64,000 bases of DNA from Eledone cirrhosa (Eukaryota). Of the stretch, positions 45,217-58,185 are shown piece after piece. Location of the stretch: NCBI GenBank assembly GCA_964016885.1, contig CAXHJY010000531.1, forward strand, positions 1 to 64,000. Reading direction: 5' to 3'. Made by a program: the position numbers and the translations under genes. Positions within the stretch are counted from its first letter, which is position 1, and the number at the start of each line of letters is the position of its first letter. The notes under the pieces were generated by a model that worked only from the letters and a program-made list of their open reading frames with translations, ran no database searches and was not told the DNA's origin.

Positions 45217-46118
45217 TCATCATCATCATTTTACGTCCGCTCTTCTAGGTGGGATTCTATCATATATATATGATAGAATCATTCTATAATTACCACTGAA
45301 AGGATCTGACAAGCCATTGATTACAGAGTCAGGCTAGATCGATATGGATCGAACCTTGAGCTGATCAATGGTGAAACGCGTGTCATCAACCAATAAATGT
45401 AATGAAAGAGTAACCACTCGTCCTTGTTTCATTTTACTATACTACACTCTGTCTAGCTCCACACCCCAATACAGACGTAGACCTAAACATCGAGTGGTCA
45501 CCCGGGTGAACCTACAGTAACTCCATGTTACACTCCTTGGGTATATATATATATATATATATACATATATAATACATATATATGTAGTCATTTTATTTAT
45601 ATTTGATCATTAATTTGACTTAATATCTATAGTTTAAAAATTAGTATTTATTATTTCCTTATTTTGTAGAAACACCATAAAAGATGAAAAATTGTTAAAT
45701 TATAACTGACCAGTATAAATATATTAGCCACAGTCACATAATTACCCCTGATATCGCATGATATGAAGGATAAATTTTATTATTTAATAAAATTCAGATG
45801 TTTACATATGAGGGTTAAATCACTGGGTGTTTATGTCAAATTGATTAGAAAGTAATTACTATACCAGATGTTATTTTTCCTAATAAAATCTATTTTCTAA
45901 AACAATGTGTTTCATTGATATGATATATCAATATCAACCAATTATTTTAACTAAAAATATATTTACGGAAAACTACACATAAATGATCTCCATTGATACA
46001 AGGTAGATTATAACATATGTTACCTTCATTATATGTGGGTCTTTCTAAGGAACATTTCATATGAGATGGATTTCCATGAATAAATTAAAATTAATTCATC
46101 AATTCAACTGTGTTCTCT

Positions 46119-46153
46119 TATAAATATGAACCTTTGTCACTTGTAAATCATTC
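46119..46153 (+). promoter_or_regulatory. TATA box and initiator of gene B
   Basis: TATAAATATGAA at 46119-46130 and TCATTC initiator-like motif with its A at 46150, giving canonical -31 spacing; ATG at 46209. Confidence 0.78.
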
Positions 46154-46208
46154 TTGTTGCCAAATAGCTGAAGAAACCATCTCAGAGAAGATAAAAATCA
46201 TTCTAAAA

Positions 46209-46248
46209 ATGTTGAAGCTTGTTGTACTTATCAGCGTCTGTATCATCG
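46209..46248 (+). CDS. Gene B exon 1, signal peptide ([14 protein letters not shown])
   Basis: aaaATG...ATCG|gtaagt, 40 nt, phase 1. Confidence 0.88.
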
Positions 46249-49200
46249 GTAAGTTTGACTCTAGATTGTTCTCTTATTTTTTTTACTGCTTTTAGATATT
46301 AGTCTGTGGCCATGCTGGGGCAGTGACTTCAAAGGATTTAGTTATTCATATCACCCACAGCAGTTTTACTTTGCAATTCTTATATTCAATTTAAACTGCT
46401 AAGTTACTGGACACACACACACTTTCTCTCTCTCTCGCACACATATATATATGTGTGTGTATTTGTTTATATATATAGTTCCCCTTGCAATCCTTACTCT
46501 TCTTCCAGCAGTGTTGCAGTGCTTGGATCCAATTGGTGAAGAAACTTTCATCCTGTTGGTAAAAAGAGTCACCAACAGCAGATATGATATCATCATGACT
46601 GTGATACTGGTTCTTAGCCAAGTGTTTTATCATATTGGGGAACAAATGATAATCAAGTGGGGCCAAATCAGGAGAATAGGGAGAGTGATCAACCACTTCA
46701 AAGTCACAGTCACACAGAGCAGCCATTGAAACCAAGGACCTGTGTGCTAGTGTATTGTCCTGATGAAACAAGACCCCTTTCATCAGTTTTCCTGGGCATT
46801 TGATCTTGAGAGCCTTTTGTAACTGCCTCAGCAAGTTAACACAGTACTTTCTATTGATGGTGTGGCCCTTTTGAAAATAGTCAATAAATACACTGCTTTT
46901 TGCATCCCAAAATACTGAGGCCATCATCTTCCCTACAAATGAAACCGCCTTGGCCTTCTTTGGAGCAAGTGAAGAGGAGGTCTTTCTACTGCATGGATTG
47001 TCTCTTTGTCACTGGCTCAAAGTGATGAACCCAGCACTCATCTTGGGTTAGGAAACATTTAAGGAAACCAGCTGGATCTGCCATAAACAATGTCAGATTT
47101 TCCAATGTTGTGATCAGCATGGTGTGCTCTTGATCAAGTGTCAGAAGACATGGCAACCATGTTGCAGGTACTTGATAACACCACAATGACAAATTTTTCC
47201 CATTTCAAGAGAGGTCACTACTTGTTACATTTGAAGTCTTCTTTAAACAGTAAGATTTCACTTTACCTGGAAAGAAACAATGCAGTTATTAATAAGAACA
47301 GTTGAAATTAATGCATGCAAGATTTCACAGCTCTAGCATCACTTCTTCATAGTCAGTCTACAAAGTTTTCAGCCCATCATCATATATATCCACACACACA
47401 CACACATATACACACGGTGGAATTCTGCATTGTCTCTGTCTACCAAATTTCACTCATAGTGTATTTGCCAACCCAACGCTAGAGTAGAATACATTTGTCT
47501 ATGGTGCGATGTAATAGGACTGAATATGAAACCATGTGGTTGTGAAGCAAATACTGTAACCACAAAGTCATGCCTGCACTTATTACATGATTTCATTGTA
47601 ATAGCATTATCACTATAAAATCCATCAATTTATATAATTATATATTATATATAATTGTTTTAATTTATTCATAAAGTATAAGTGACAAAGTTTCCATTCA
47701 TATTTTATACCATGTATTTATTACTTTTCAGGTGCGTATTATACCATGTATTTATTACTTTTCAGGTGCATATGCCGATTGCACTGCAATTGAAATAGCA
47801 AGATGTTTTATTGGATTGGCTCCTAATACAGCAACTTCTGCTGACATTTGCGTGTAATTAAATTTATTATATTTTATTTATTTTTCAAATTTTCATAAAT
47901 ATTGTCAATGTTTTATGCAAGAATTTAGTATTTTGTCTTTCAATTTAATCTGTTTCTCACTTACAGTAATCTGCATGATTAGATAAAAGCATATACACAT
48001 ATACACACAGAATAATACACATTAATACACTCACACGGTGATTCCTATTCACTCTCTTGTCACTGAACACTAGATTTAGCCAACCTGAATATTCCCTGCC
48101 ATTTCACTGGTCTCTAACAAAACTCTCCACATGTAGACGATCAAACTATAAAAGTTTCTCTTAATTTATTATCCTTATTGTCCTCTTTCCCCCTTGATCT
48201 ACTTTTTCCAAAGAAAAACATGATCTGAAATATCAACACTAACTCTTTTTACTTCAGTGCCAAACTAATAAATTAACATTTATCCTATCCCATCTTATTA
48301 GTGGTTTTTTGTTTTTTCAATCCTTATATAGATACTATACACTCTCTAACTGCATTAAGTGTGGCAGAAACTCGAGTATGGGTATAAATTTATGCTACCC
48401 ATTTATGTGTGTTGTATCGAGGCAAATAACTTTGTGTCTACTTTGGGATTTATATATAACCTTACCTATTGAGTACGCTGAGATGCAACCAGCAGTAGCA
48501 GGGAAACCATATGCTAGTCCCATTAACCTCTTATTATTATTATATATACTAGCAGAAAAACCACGCTTTGGGTGGTTTTCTGCTAGCATGTGTAGTGTGT
48601 ATATTGATATTATACGCAGGTATATATGTAGATATGATACATCAAATAAAATTGTAATTGACAATATATAATACATAGAAATTGAACGATATTATATATA
48701 AACTGCATTAGGAGAAAATTAGTATGTTTATTTAAGCGATCGCCACCGGAAGTGTTGACATTTGAGAAATTTTAAAGAAGTGAATCTTTAAATAAACAAA
48801 ATATATTTAATCAACAGCCACGAAATTTAGTAGATAAATTATGTAATATTAATTCATTATTTATTCAAAGTGGATTGGCAGTATCGGTAGAGGGTCGGAC
48901 GCCATGCTTTCCAGCATAGAGTTACGCCCCTTGCCATTGTGAGTTCAAATCCCTCTAAGGTTAACTTTGCCTTTCATCCTTACGGGGTCGATAAAATAAA
49001 GTACCAGTAATGTACTGGTTAAATTGCTGGCCTTGTGCCTAAAGTAGAAACAATTATTTATTCAAAGTAATCCAACTTATTTTACTAATGGGATAAAAAA
49101 TTATAAACCGTACGCAGTCCTGCACTCCTCCCTTTATTATAGTTTAGATATATAAAGTACCAGTAATGCACTAGGATAATTGCTGGCCTTGTGCCTATAT

Positions 49201-49446
49201 AAGAAACCATTATTATTATTATTGTTATGTATATATATATATTCACATGCAAACATACAATATACACATATATATGTGTATATATATAATGCCCTACCCA
49301 TGCTAGCATTGAAGATGGACATTAAATGATGATAATTTTTTTATTAGTGACACATATGTATATGTATGTATATATATATATGTATGTATATGTATGTATA
49401 TATATATATATGTATGTATATGTATGTATATGTATATATGTATATG

Positions 49447-49489
<43 letters not shown>

Positions 49490-52400
49490 GAGCCCTATAT
49501 AAATGTACACTTACATACATATACATACATATATATATTTCTGTATATTTGTATATGTATGTATGTATGTATATATATATATGTGTATATATATATATAT
49601 ATATATTATTTTACAGTAAATTCAAAGCTAATAACCAGTGTATAAAAGACATTGGATGTGATTCTACAGCAGAAACTCAAATATACAATAAGATGTGTGG
49701 TAAGTTGATTTTTACTGAATCTTGTCAAACTTTTAAATAATTTTTAATTTTTCTACCTCCTAAATATATACACACAGTCATGTATGTTTTTATATTTACT
49801 TACTATACACACACGATGATGATGATGATGATATATATATATATATATATATATACTAACAGAGGTACCCGGCATTGCATGGATTAAAGAAAATAATGAA
49901 ATTGCATTCAAATTTTTTCTAGAGCGGCCATGTTTACACTATAACAGCAGCAAGAAAACTGGCATGATCTAGCTCCTACTTCAATCATGTTATTACAATA
50001 GTATCAACATTTAAAAGTCTCACTGATTTGAATTTTACCCAGGATCCATGCCAAATAAAAAAATGTATCTGAGCTCTAGATTTCAGGAAAACAATCTAGG
50101 ATGAATTTGCCAAATGGAAATCTCATCGATATCTCCCATCGACTACAGTCTGTTGTTTAAGTCTCAAACTACCTCAACTAGTTTTTCCTGAGAACGTGAA
50201 ATTTTATATTGCAGCAATGTATAATATGTGAATAGTTTTGATTTTGTCATTTGAGGTTGATTTTTAATGAATAATAAAAATCTTAAGTTAAAATGTATAT
50301 CTTTAGGTCTATATAAGATTTTTTTAAATGTTTAAGGTCTCAAAATAAAGTCTAAAAACTAAAAATGCCCTAATTATAATAATATAATATAATGTAATAT
50401 GATATAATATATAATATAATGTAATATAATATAATATAATATATAATATAATGTAATATAATTGTTTCTACTTTTGGCACAAGTCCAGCAATTACCCAAT
50501 GTATTACTGGTACTTTATTTTATCGACCCCGTAAGGATAAAAGGCAAAGTTAACATAATATAGTATAACATAATATAATATAGTATAATATAATATAATA
50601 TAATATAATATAATATAATATAGTAAAATATAGTATAATATAATATAATATATAATATAATATAATGTAATATAATATAATATAATTGTTTCTACGTTTA
50701 GCACAAGGCCAGCAATTACCCAGTGCATTACTGGTACTTTATTTTATCGACCCCGTAGGGATGAAAGGCAAAGTTAACCTCGGCAGGATTTTAACTCAGA
50801 ATGGCAAGGGCCATAACTTTATAAGTCAAAGCATGGCGTCTGACCCTCTACCGATACTGCCAATCCACTGCCCTAATATAATATAATATAATGTAATATA
50901 ATGTAATATAATGTAATATAATGTAATGTAATATAATGTAATATAATATAATGTAATATAATGTAATATAATATAATATAATGTAATATAATGTAATATA
51001 ATGTAATATAATGTAATATAATATAATATAATGTAATATAATGTAATATAATGTAATATAATATAATATAATGTAATATAATGTAATATAATGTAATATA
51101 ATATAATGTAATATAATATAATGTAATAAAATGTAATATAATATAATATAATGTAATATAATGTAATATAATGTAATATAATATAAGATAATGTAATATA
51201 ATGTAATATAATGTAATATAATATAATATAATGTAATGTAATATAATATAATGTAATGTAATATAATATAATGTAATATAATGTAATATAATGTAATATA
51301 ATGTAATATAATGTAATGTAATATAATGTAATATAATGTAATATAATATAATATAATATAATGTAATATAATATAATGTAATATAATGTAATATAATGTA
51401 ATATAATATAATGTAATATAATGTAATATAATATAATGTAATATAATGTAATATAATATAATGTAATATAATGTAATATAATATAATGTAATATAATATA
51501 ATATAATTGTTTCTACTTTTGGCACAAGGCCAGCACTAACCCAGTACATTACTGGTACTTTATTTTATCGACCCCGTAAGGATGAAAGCAAAGTTAACCT
51601 TGGCGGGATTTGAACTCAGACCATAAAGGGCCGTAACTCTTTGCTGCAAAGCATGGCGTCCGACTCTCTACTGATACTGCCAATATATAATATAATATAA
51701 TGCAATGCAATGCGATGTGATGTGATGTGATGTGATGTGATGCGATGCGATGCGATGCGATGCAATGCGATGCGATGCGATGCGATGCGATACGATGTGA
51801 ACGGCAAAGCATAAATGACCTAAGTGAGGGATCAGATGCTGTTTATTTGAGAGAAGACTACGTTGGTATGGTCACATGATGCGCATGAAAGAGGACAGTT
51901 GTATAAAAAGGTGCAGGGCGATCAAAATTGATGAAAGTTACGGGGTAGGTAGACCCAGACCTACCTGGGATGATTTGATAAACTCCGACCTTACACACTT
52001 ACACCTCTCTAAGACAATGTCACTGGACCGAGATCTTTGGCGCTACGCAGTAATACAGAAGACCCGCCTTGCCTATGTACAAAGCGAAAGCTACAGTCAG
52101 TAGGCACCTCTTAACCAAATATACACCCCCATCCCACTACCCCTACCCCCAATCCCATCTACACCACCCTTTCTCTGTAAAGTTATGTTGGTACCACAAC
52201 ATCCAGTCCAAAATAAATGAGGTTGTCTAGGTGTCACGACAAAAAAAACACACAGTCCACGCTGTAATGTGGGTAACACGGTAAAAACCTCCCAGTCCAC
52301 ACTGTAAACGTGGTTGGTGTTAGGAAGGGCATCCAGCCGTAGAAAACCTGCCAGATAGTCCTATACGAGCGAGACATGGTCACCCAACCAATCTTGCCTC

Positions 52401-55400
52401 AAGTGGGACAATTCCCGTCTAAATCCATGCTAGCATGGAAGATAGATGTTAAACGATGATGATGATGATGAATATAATATAATATAATTGTTTCTACTAT
52501 TGGCACAAGGCCAGCAATTACCCCAGTACATTACTGGTACTTTATTTTATCGACCCCCGTAAGGATGAAAAGCAAAGTGAACTTCGGCGGGATTTGAACT
52601 CGCACCATAAAGGGCTGTAACTCTATGCTGAAAAGCATGGCGGCGTCCAACCTTCTACTGACACTGCCAATCCCCCAAATATAATATGAGTAGCACTAAA
52701 TTCTTTGTAAACCAGGTTTAAACTGCAGCTTGAAAATCATTTAACTTCCATAACTAAATCACATATAGCTTGGTAGAACCGGTAGAGTGTTAGTGAGAAT
52801 ACCTTGCCATATTTAGTTATGGACCTTTAACTTTTATGTTGAAAACATACCAAGGTTGACTTTGACATCCATCCTCCTGGTGAACAGAAACATATGGTAC
52901 CGGTGAAGTACTGGGGTTGATTTAGCATTGTTTTTATCTATATAGTGATTGTTATTGTTATATGTTCTTCTATTTTTCAGGTCCTGGTACCAAATGTGAC
53001 ATGAAAACAGCTACACAATGTGCCCAAGATAGCGCACCCATCGTTGACAGAAATATCCGCTTTCTCCTTAAGTAAGTCTCTTTAAGAATAATAATACTGA
53101 CTAGCAGAATGGCCCGGCGTTGCTCGGGATTTGCTCTAGGGTTCTTATATATTTGATATATATTTATCCTTATCAAGCCTCATGAAATAAATATGTTTGT
53201 TTATATTTTGTTATTGTGTATGCAAAAATATCTGTACACGAATATATAATTATATATATATATATATATATATTAAAATAACAGATTAAAGTTTAAGCAA
53301 AGAATCGCTGAATATCTGTGCTGCAGGTAGTGGTTTGATGTTCATTAGGGCAAATTTTCTAGTTAAATAACATCAATAACAGAGATATCAGATATTATTG
53401 CTGCCTTTCATCTTTCTAGGGTAAAAAAAAAATGAAGTACCAGTCATGTACTGGTGTTGATTTAATCAAATTTGCTGACCTTGATCTTCAATTAAAAATC
53501 AATAATTATTGCTAAACTGTTAACATATATTCTAACATGTATTCTATTTCTGTATGTATTTATTTCTAGTGCTTTTTCTGGCTTTAAACAATGCTTGAAT
53601 AATGGCAAATGTACAACAACTGCCGGTCTATTGAGGAACCAGTGGTGCTTGGTCAGTTATATTTCTTTATTTCATATCTTATCTTATGTTCTGTTGATGT
53701 TGAAACAAATAATTTCTACTGAAGGTGTGGATATTAAGAGTTCTTTTTAAAGTTGTTGTTGTGGTGATAGTTCAGACCAGGCTGGAGCACACGAATGGTA
53801 TAAAGTAGTTGAATACATGACAAAGTGTCTTTAGTAATAAGTATTTTTGTTGTAATGGTAGCAGAAAGGTATTCAAGAGAGATTCACAACAGTACAATTC
53901 ATAAAGGTAGCAATTCGATGTTGGACTTATATGTAAGTGTAGCTGGAGGCATTCGGACTTACCTTGCGTCTTTGAATCACTTTGGCGAGAGTCGTTCCAC
54001 TCTCCATGTGGGGTACTTCCAACAGCACCTGTCTTCATGCGACACGTCTCCTCACGGTGCCAACTGCCCGCCACTTGGTCCCTCATGTCGCCTTCCGTCC
54101 TCCTGCTTCTGGTCAGGCGTCCCCCAACTTCCGGCAATCCCCCTCCCACAGCAGCCCCACACGCCCCCTTTATCTCACGGCAGTCCCACAGTTCGTAGTG
54201 ATTACTACTTCAGGAAAATGGAGATGAAATAATGATGTTCATTTTCCATGGTAGCGGAAAAGATGAGAAAGCATATTTCAAAACATAATAAAGATTTATT
54301 TTCTTCTTCATATTAATACAAGTACAAGGCGAGTGAAGAGGTGCAAACTTATCACATAATCAAGTTGAATGATAAATGTAATTCTCTGCAGAATTATATA
54401 TCGAGATTACCCTCGGCTTTAGAGGGCAAGATCAAGAAAATCAGGAAGTAAGTTACACAATACTGTTCAGTAGAAGATCCTGAATGTAACTGCGTGAGAA
54501 TTGATAATTAGGCACGAAATTGACTGCTGGGCGAAAGTCGTTCTTAGTATTCCTATGCCACCAACCCTAAGGGCTGGCGACTAATCAAGCACGACCAAAT
54601 TACTCTGCCGCGATAAAGTAGCACTATTGCTTGCTATTTGTCCATTACTTCAGATATAACATATATACTCATAGTTAAATACTGTACACTTCATATACTG
54701 CTTCTTGTATGTGCGTTGTGGGAGTTTTCCAGTATCTATGGAACTGGGTGTGTCCTGTATCAAGTTAGTAGGTCATGTTATCACTCAATTGTCCAGTTTG
54801 TTTCCTATATGTTTGTTGTTGTTGTTTAGCCCCAGGTGAGACTTGATCCAACAGACCTATTATCAAAGAGAGAGAGCCATCTTTGATCATTGTGTGTTTT
54901 TCAAACACTAGAATTTTTTCAAAATGCTAACAAGTGTGCGTATGTGTGTAAGTACATATGCATACCTTTATATGTATGAGTTTTATAAATATAAACGTGC
55001 AAACACATACACACTTACAAAAATACATTCACACACACAAATACATTTACACAAACACACACATACACTCACACACAGTGTAGCAAATGGAACGTCAGCT
55101 GCTGTTTTGCTATAGTTTTTTCACCATCCCCTTCCTTCCTTTTACATATACATACATTCACACAAAAACACCCATTGTATAAAAGGACAGATGGATGGAA
55201 GTTGGTGAAATTTATTTATAGATAATGTATCCTACATTAAAAACAATTCGTATCATAGTTGGAGTATGTTTGATCATATGTCTACTACTACTACTGCTAC
55301 CCCCCCCACACACACACACCACTACTACTACCACCACCTCCACCACCACCGCCACCACCACCACCACCAACACCACTATCACTACAACTAGTAGTAGTAG

Positions 55401-55506
55401 TAGTAGTAATAGCAGTAGTAACAGCAACTATGAACATACATATTACATGTTATTGAAGGTTCACAATTAATTTTCGATTTCCTTTCCTTTTGTTCAGGAA
55501 TTGTAA
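46209..55506 (+). CDS. Gene B: unrecognised secreted cysteine-rich protein, 130 aa; join(46209..46248,47766..47853,49617..49699,52981..53071,53570..53651,55498..55506)
   Basis: Six GT-AG exons (40+88+83+91+82+9 = 393 nt) splice in frame to [130 protein letters not shown]. The signal peptide ends in A-Y-A, TATA and Inr lie upstream, and AATAAA occurs at 55616 and 55661. Confidence 0.88.
46475..47382 (-). mobile_element. Degenerate mariner transposon in gene B intron 1 (same family as 31291-32548)
   Basis: ORF 46391..46927 (MASVFWD...FHQDN...[16 protein letters not shown]), [13 protein letters not shown], and one TIR at about 47362-47382. Confidence 0.9.
47766..47853 (+). CDS. Gene B exon 2 ([29 protein letters not shown])
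   Basis: ttttcag|GT...TGCGT|gtaatt, 88 nt. Confidence 0.86.
48870..49057 (+). mobile_element. Full-length tRNA-derived SINE, representative of many copies in the window
   Basis: A/B boxes and the conserved core gcctttcatccttacggggtcgataaaataaagtaccag, which resembles the Deu/Nin SINE domain (from memory). Other copies include 14635-14818, 50685-50870, 51505-51685 and 52485-52670 on -. Confidence 0.82.
49617..49699 (+). CDS. Gene B exon 3 ([28 protein letters not shown])
   Basis: ttttacag|T...TGTG|gtaagt, 83 nt; visible inside ORF 49549..49740. Confidence 0.88.
50372..51505. repeat. (AATAT/AATGT)n pentanucleotide microsatellite interrupted by SINEs
   Basis: Seen directly in the sequence. 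Confidence 0.93.
51800..52470 (+). mobile_element. RTE LINE 3' fragment with (GAT)n tail
   Basis: ORF 51876..52103 ([15 protein letters not shown]...). Confidence 0.88.
52981..53071 (+). CDS. Gene B exon 4 ([30 protein letters not shown])
   Basis: tttttcag|GT...CTTAA|gtaagt, 91 nt. Confidence 0.88.
53100..53130 (-). mobile_element. Helitron-like 3' terminus (hairpin plus CTAG|T)
   Basis: Minus strand cccgagcaacgccggg-ccattctg-CTAGt; related ends at about 48548 and 49855. Confidence 0.5.
53570..53651 (+). CDS. Gene B exon 5 ([28 protein letters not shown])
   Basis: tttctag|T...TTG|gtcagt, 82 nt. Confidence 0.85.
55498..55506 (+). CDS. Gene B terminal coding exon (EL*)
   Basis: Strong pyrimidine tract, then ttcag|GAA TTG TAA. 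Poly(A) signals and a 3' UTR motif shared with gene A follow. Confidence 0.72.
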   Translation, partial: EL

Positions 55507-56092
55507 ACTAACCAAAAAGTCTCTCAGGAAAAAAGAAACATGAACTAACGACACACATCATTACATCCTTCCAGCTTTTCTCAGTTTTTTGGTTTTCTTC
55601 ATGAAACGTTTCTCCAATAAAATTCTTGCAAATTATTTTCTTTGTTTCTGTCATTTCTTGAATAAATTTTCAACAATAATACGATATAATTTATTTATGT
55701 AATATATAACAGTAGTAAAAAAAACAACAGAAAAAAGAGTGGTTAGAAGACCTGTACACTCAATTAGACTCTACAACAAAAGAGGCTGTAGTTTCCTCTA
55801 ATAATGTTTTAGACAAACCAGCACATACATGGCATTGATGTAGAATCTACATAAAATGCTGGAAAACGGGACAAATAACGTATCCTGGTGTCTTTGAAAA
55901 TGCCAGTAATAGTAACGAAATTTCCAAACAGCCATATATTTTATGTATTAGAAAATGCTAGAAAAAGCAGCCAACTCTAACGGTAACCATACACTCCTCA
56001 TGCTAAATATTTCTTTAAATGCATATCTCATCTCAATAATCGTAATCTACACATTTTAATATGTATCTCTAGAAAATTTCATTAACACATAT

Positions 56093-56430
56093 CTAAGGCG
56101 GGTAAAATTCCCGAGATCCATGGACGAGTTCTCTCCAGCGGTCTCTGTCCCTCATTATCGCTGCCACATCCTGCATCTCCAACAGACCAGTGTCTGTCCT
56201 TAGGGCATCAACATATGTTAACCTTGGTCTTCCTCTTCTAGTGTGTCCATGTAGGGGCTCCCAAAGGAGCACTGAGTGCAATGTCAACTCTGGATGTCGG
56301 TGAGCATGTCCAGCCAACCTCAGTCTTCTCTGTGTCACTTTTGAGCTGACTTTTGGGATGCTCCCATACAGCTCTGAGTTTTTCATCCTCAGTGTATACT
56401 GATTAATGTTCAGAGCCATCCTCAGCATTA
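56093..56430 (-). mobile_element. RTE-type LINE 3' fragment
   Basis: QRRLRLAGHAHRHPE...LLWEPLHGHTRRGRPRLTYVD. Confidence 0.88.
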
Positions 56431-57629
56431 ACACATATGTATGAATAAAGAAGTTATTAAAAACTAAAATCGCCGAGGGGAAGGACTAATTTTATAAATT
56501 TTATGGTCAGAGGGAAAGAAATCTTAAAAATTAGTCTTCACATAGTTATTTCCCTTTGTTGCGTCCATTGAAAATGGCTACCTTATGTTAGAAACAGCAG
56601 CGATAACGCTTAAAAAGCACGACCTGTTTATCTTGTAACATGCTAGATTTAGCAACCAAATCACTCTCAGATACATGCCTCGTCTGATGTAGAAAATGGT
56701 AGAAATAGCAGCTAAATATCGTTGTGTGAATGTGGATATATATATATATATATGCTTGTGCGTGTATTATACACACACATATATAGAGAGAGAGAAAAAG
56801 AGAGGGGATAATACAATGTATTTTAATTAATATGTACCCTGCATTTGTAATGGAATAATTAAACAATTAATTCCATCCCACACCACCCTGTAATCTGAAC
56901 ATCAAATTGGCGAGCAGGGTTGAGATAAAGCAAGGATAATATGAAATTATTACACCGGTATCATAATTAGTATAGCACCGCTATTTTTTTAAAGTGCTTT
57001 CGCTTCTTTATTTAATAGAACTGTGTCTAATTAATTTAAAGCCACTCACAAACATACTCCGGTCTCTCACCCTCAGATGTTCTGTCTTCTACAACACCTT
57101 TTAAAACAATGAAAGGTGCATTCAACGATATAGTTGTGGGTACCCAAATAGTCATATAAACACAGGATGGTCACGGCAGGAATTCCATCGATTACACACA
57201 TGTCGGGTCATCTTGTCTTGCTCGTTCAAGACCTGTGATTAAAAGTAAACAACAGCAGCATGTCTCTACGTGTTCGCTCCACTTGCTAGAAATAACAGCC
57301 AAGTTTCCTAAGAATTACGAAGATGAATTAGCTGTGACACATGTAAATGTAATCTTTTATTTTTGTAGGAAGAGATTAACAATGTTTTTACTATTGATTA
57401 CGTCTAGATCTTAGTATATGTAAATATATGTCTTGATCGCTCGGGTCTGACCTGTGAATGAAAGTAAACAACAGCTGCCTTATTCATACATACACATATA
57501 CATGTATCTATGTATGCGCGTGCGTATATATATATATATGTATGTGAAATTCTTACACGGGGGACATAATGAAGTTATACACCGGTATTTTGAAAACTTG
57601 TTGTCTGGATCAATGAGATTCTAGCGTTG

Positions 57630-58185
57630 ACCAGCATGTGTATATGAATGGCGAATTCTTCACTTGCGAAGATCAGTGGGAAGAATTGTTGTTCTGTTAT
57701 GTACGATGGCACTCATAAAGTGGCTGTAGAGGCCAGTCCCGGAGCTGTAGGCTCTGGTACGGTTGGGATATGTATGTACTTGGTCGGTTGGTGGTTGGGT
57801 GGCGGACAGCTTTCTTCTTTGAAGTTTGTCTTCAACTGCCACCTTCCTCTCAAAGCTGGCTGCAGCTGTTTTGATGGTCACTCTACATTTCTCTCTGTGT
57901 TCTCCCGCTTGAGTTGGTCCTTGAAGCGTTTTCAGTTGGCCCCTTGGTTTCGCTTGCCTTGAAGTAGTTTATCGTATAAAACAGCCTTTGGCATCCTAGA
58001 GTGGTTCATACGCGAGACATGGCCTGCCCAGCGGAGTTGTCTCAGCATCAGCATGCTCTTAATGCTTGGGATATCGGTCCTCTTGAGAACTTCCTCGTTT
58101 GTGACATAGTCCTGCCAACAGACGTCCTTGATGGAGAAAAGGCATCGCTGATTGAATCTTTCCAGTAGCTTATATAGGTCCAACT
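57630..58185 (-). mobile_element. RTE (BovB-like) LINE 3' fragment
   Basis: LERFNQRCL...QLRWAGHVSRMNHSRMPKAVLY..., followed by a degenerate zinc-finger tail. Confidence 0.88.

Noticed and set aside
48870-48960. tRNA gene (A and B boxes)
   Set aside because: It is the tRNA-derived head of a multicopy SINE; no cloverleaf or acceptor stem is evident.
53652-53750. Read-through of gene B exon 5 giving a hydrophobic, membrane-anchor-like tail ([17 protein letters not shown]...)
   Set aside because: T-rich introns routinely translate as hydrophobic stretches. The 3' UTR homology with gene A supports the exon at 55498 instead.
53772-54232. GC-rich segment with ORFs on both strands in gene B intron 5
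   Set aside because: No recognisable motifs or consistent splice context; most likely an old TE fragment.
55212-55470. Thr/Ser-rich or Leu/Val-rich ORFs resembling mucin or transmembrane peptides
   Set aside because: Translations of (ACC)n, (ACT)n and (AGT)n trinucleotide repeats just upstream of the gene B terminal exon.
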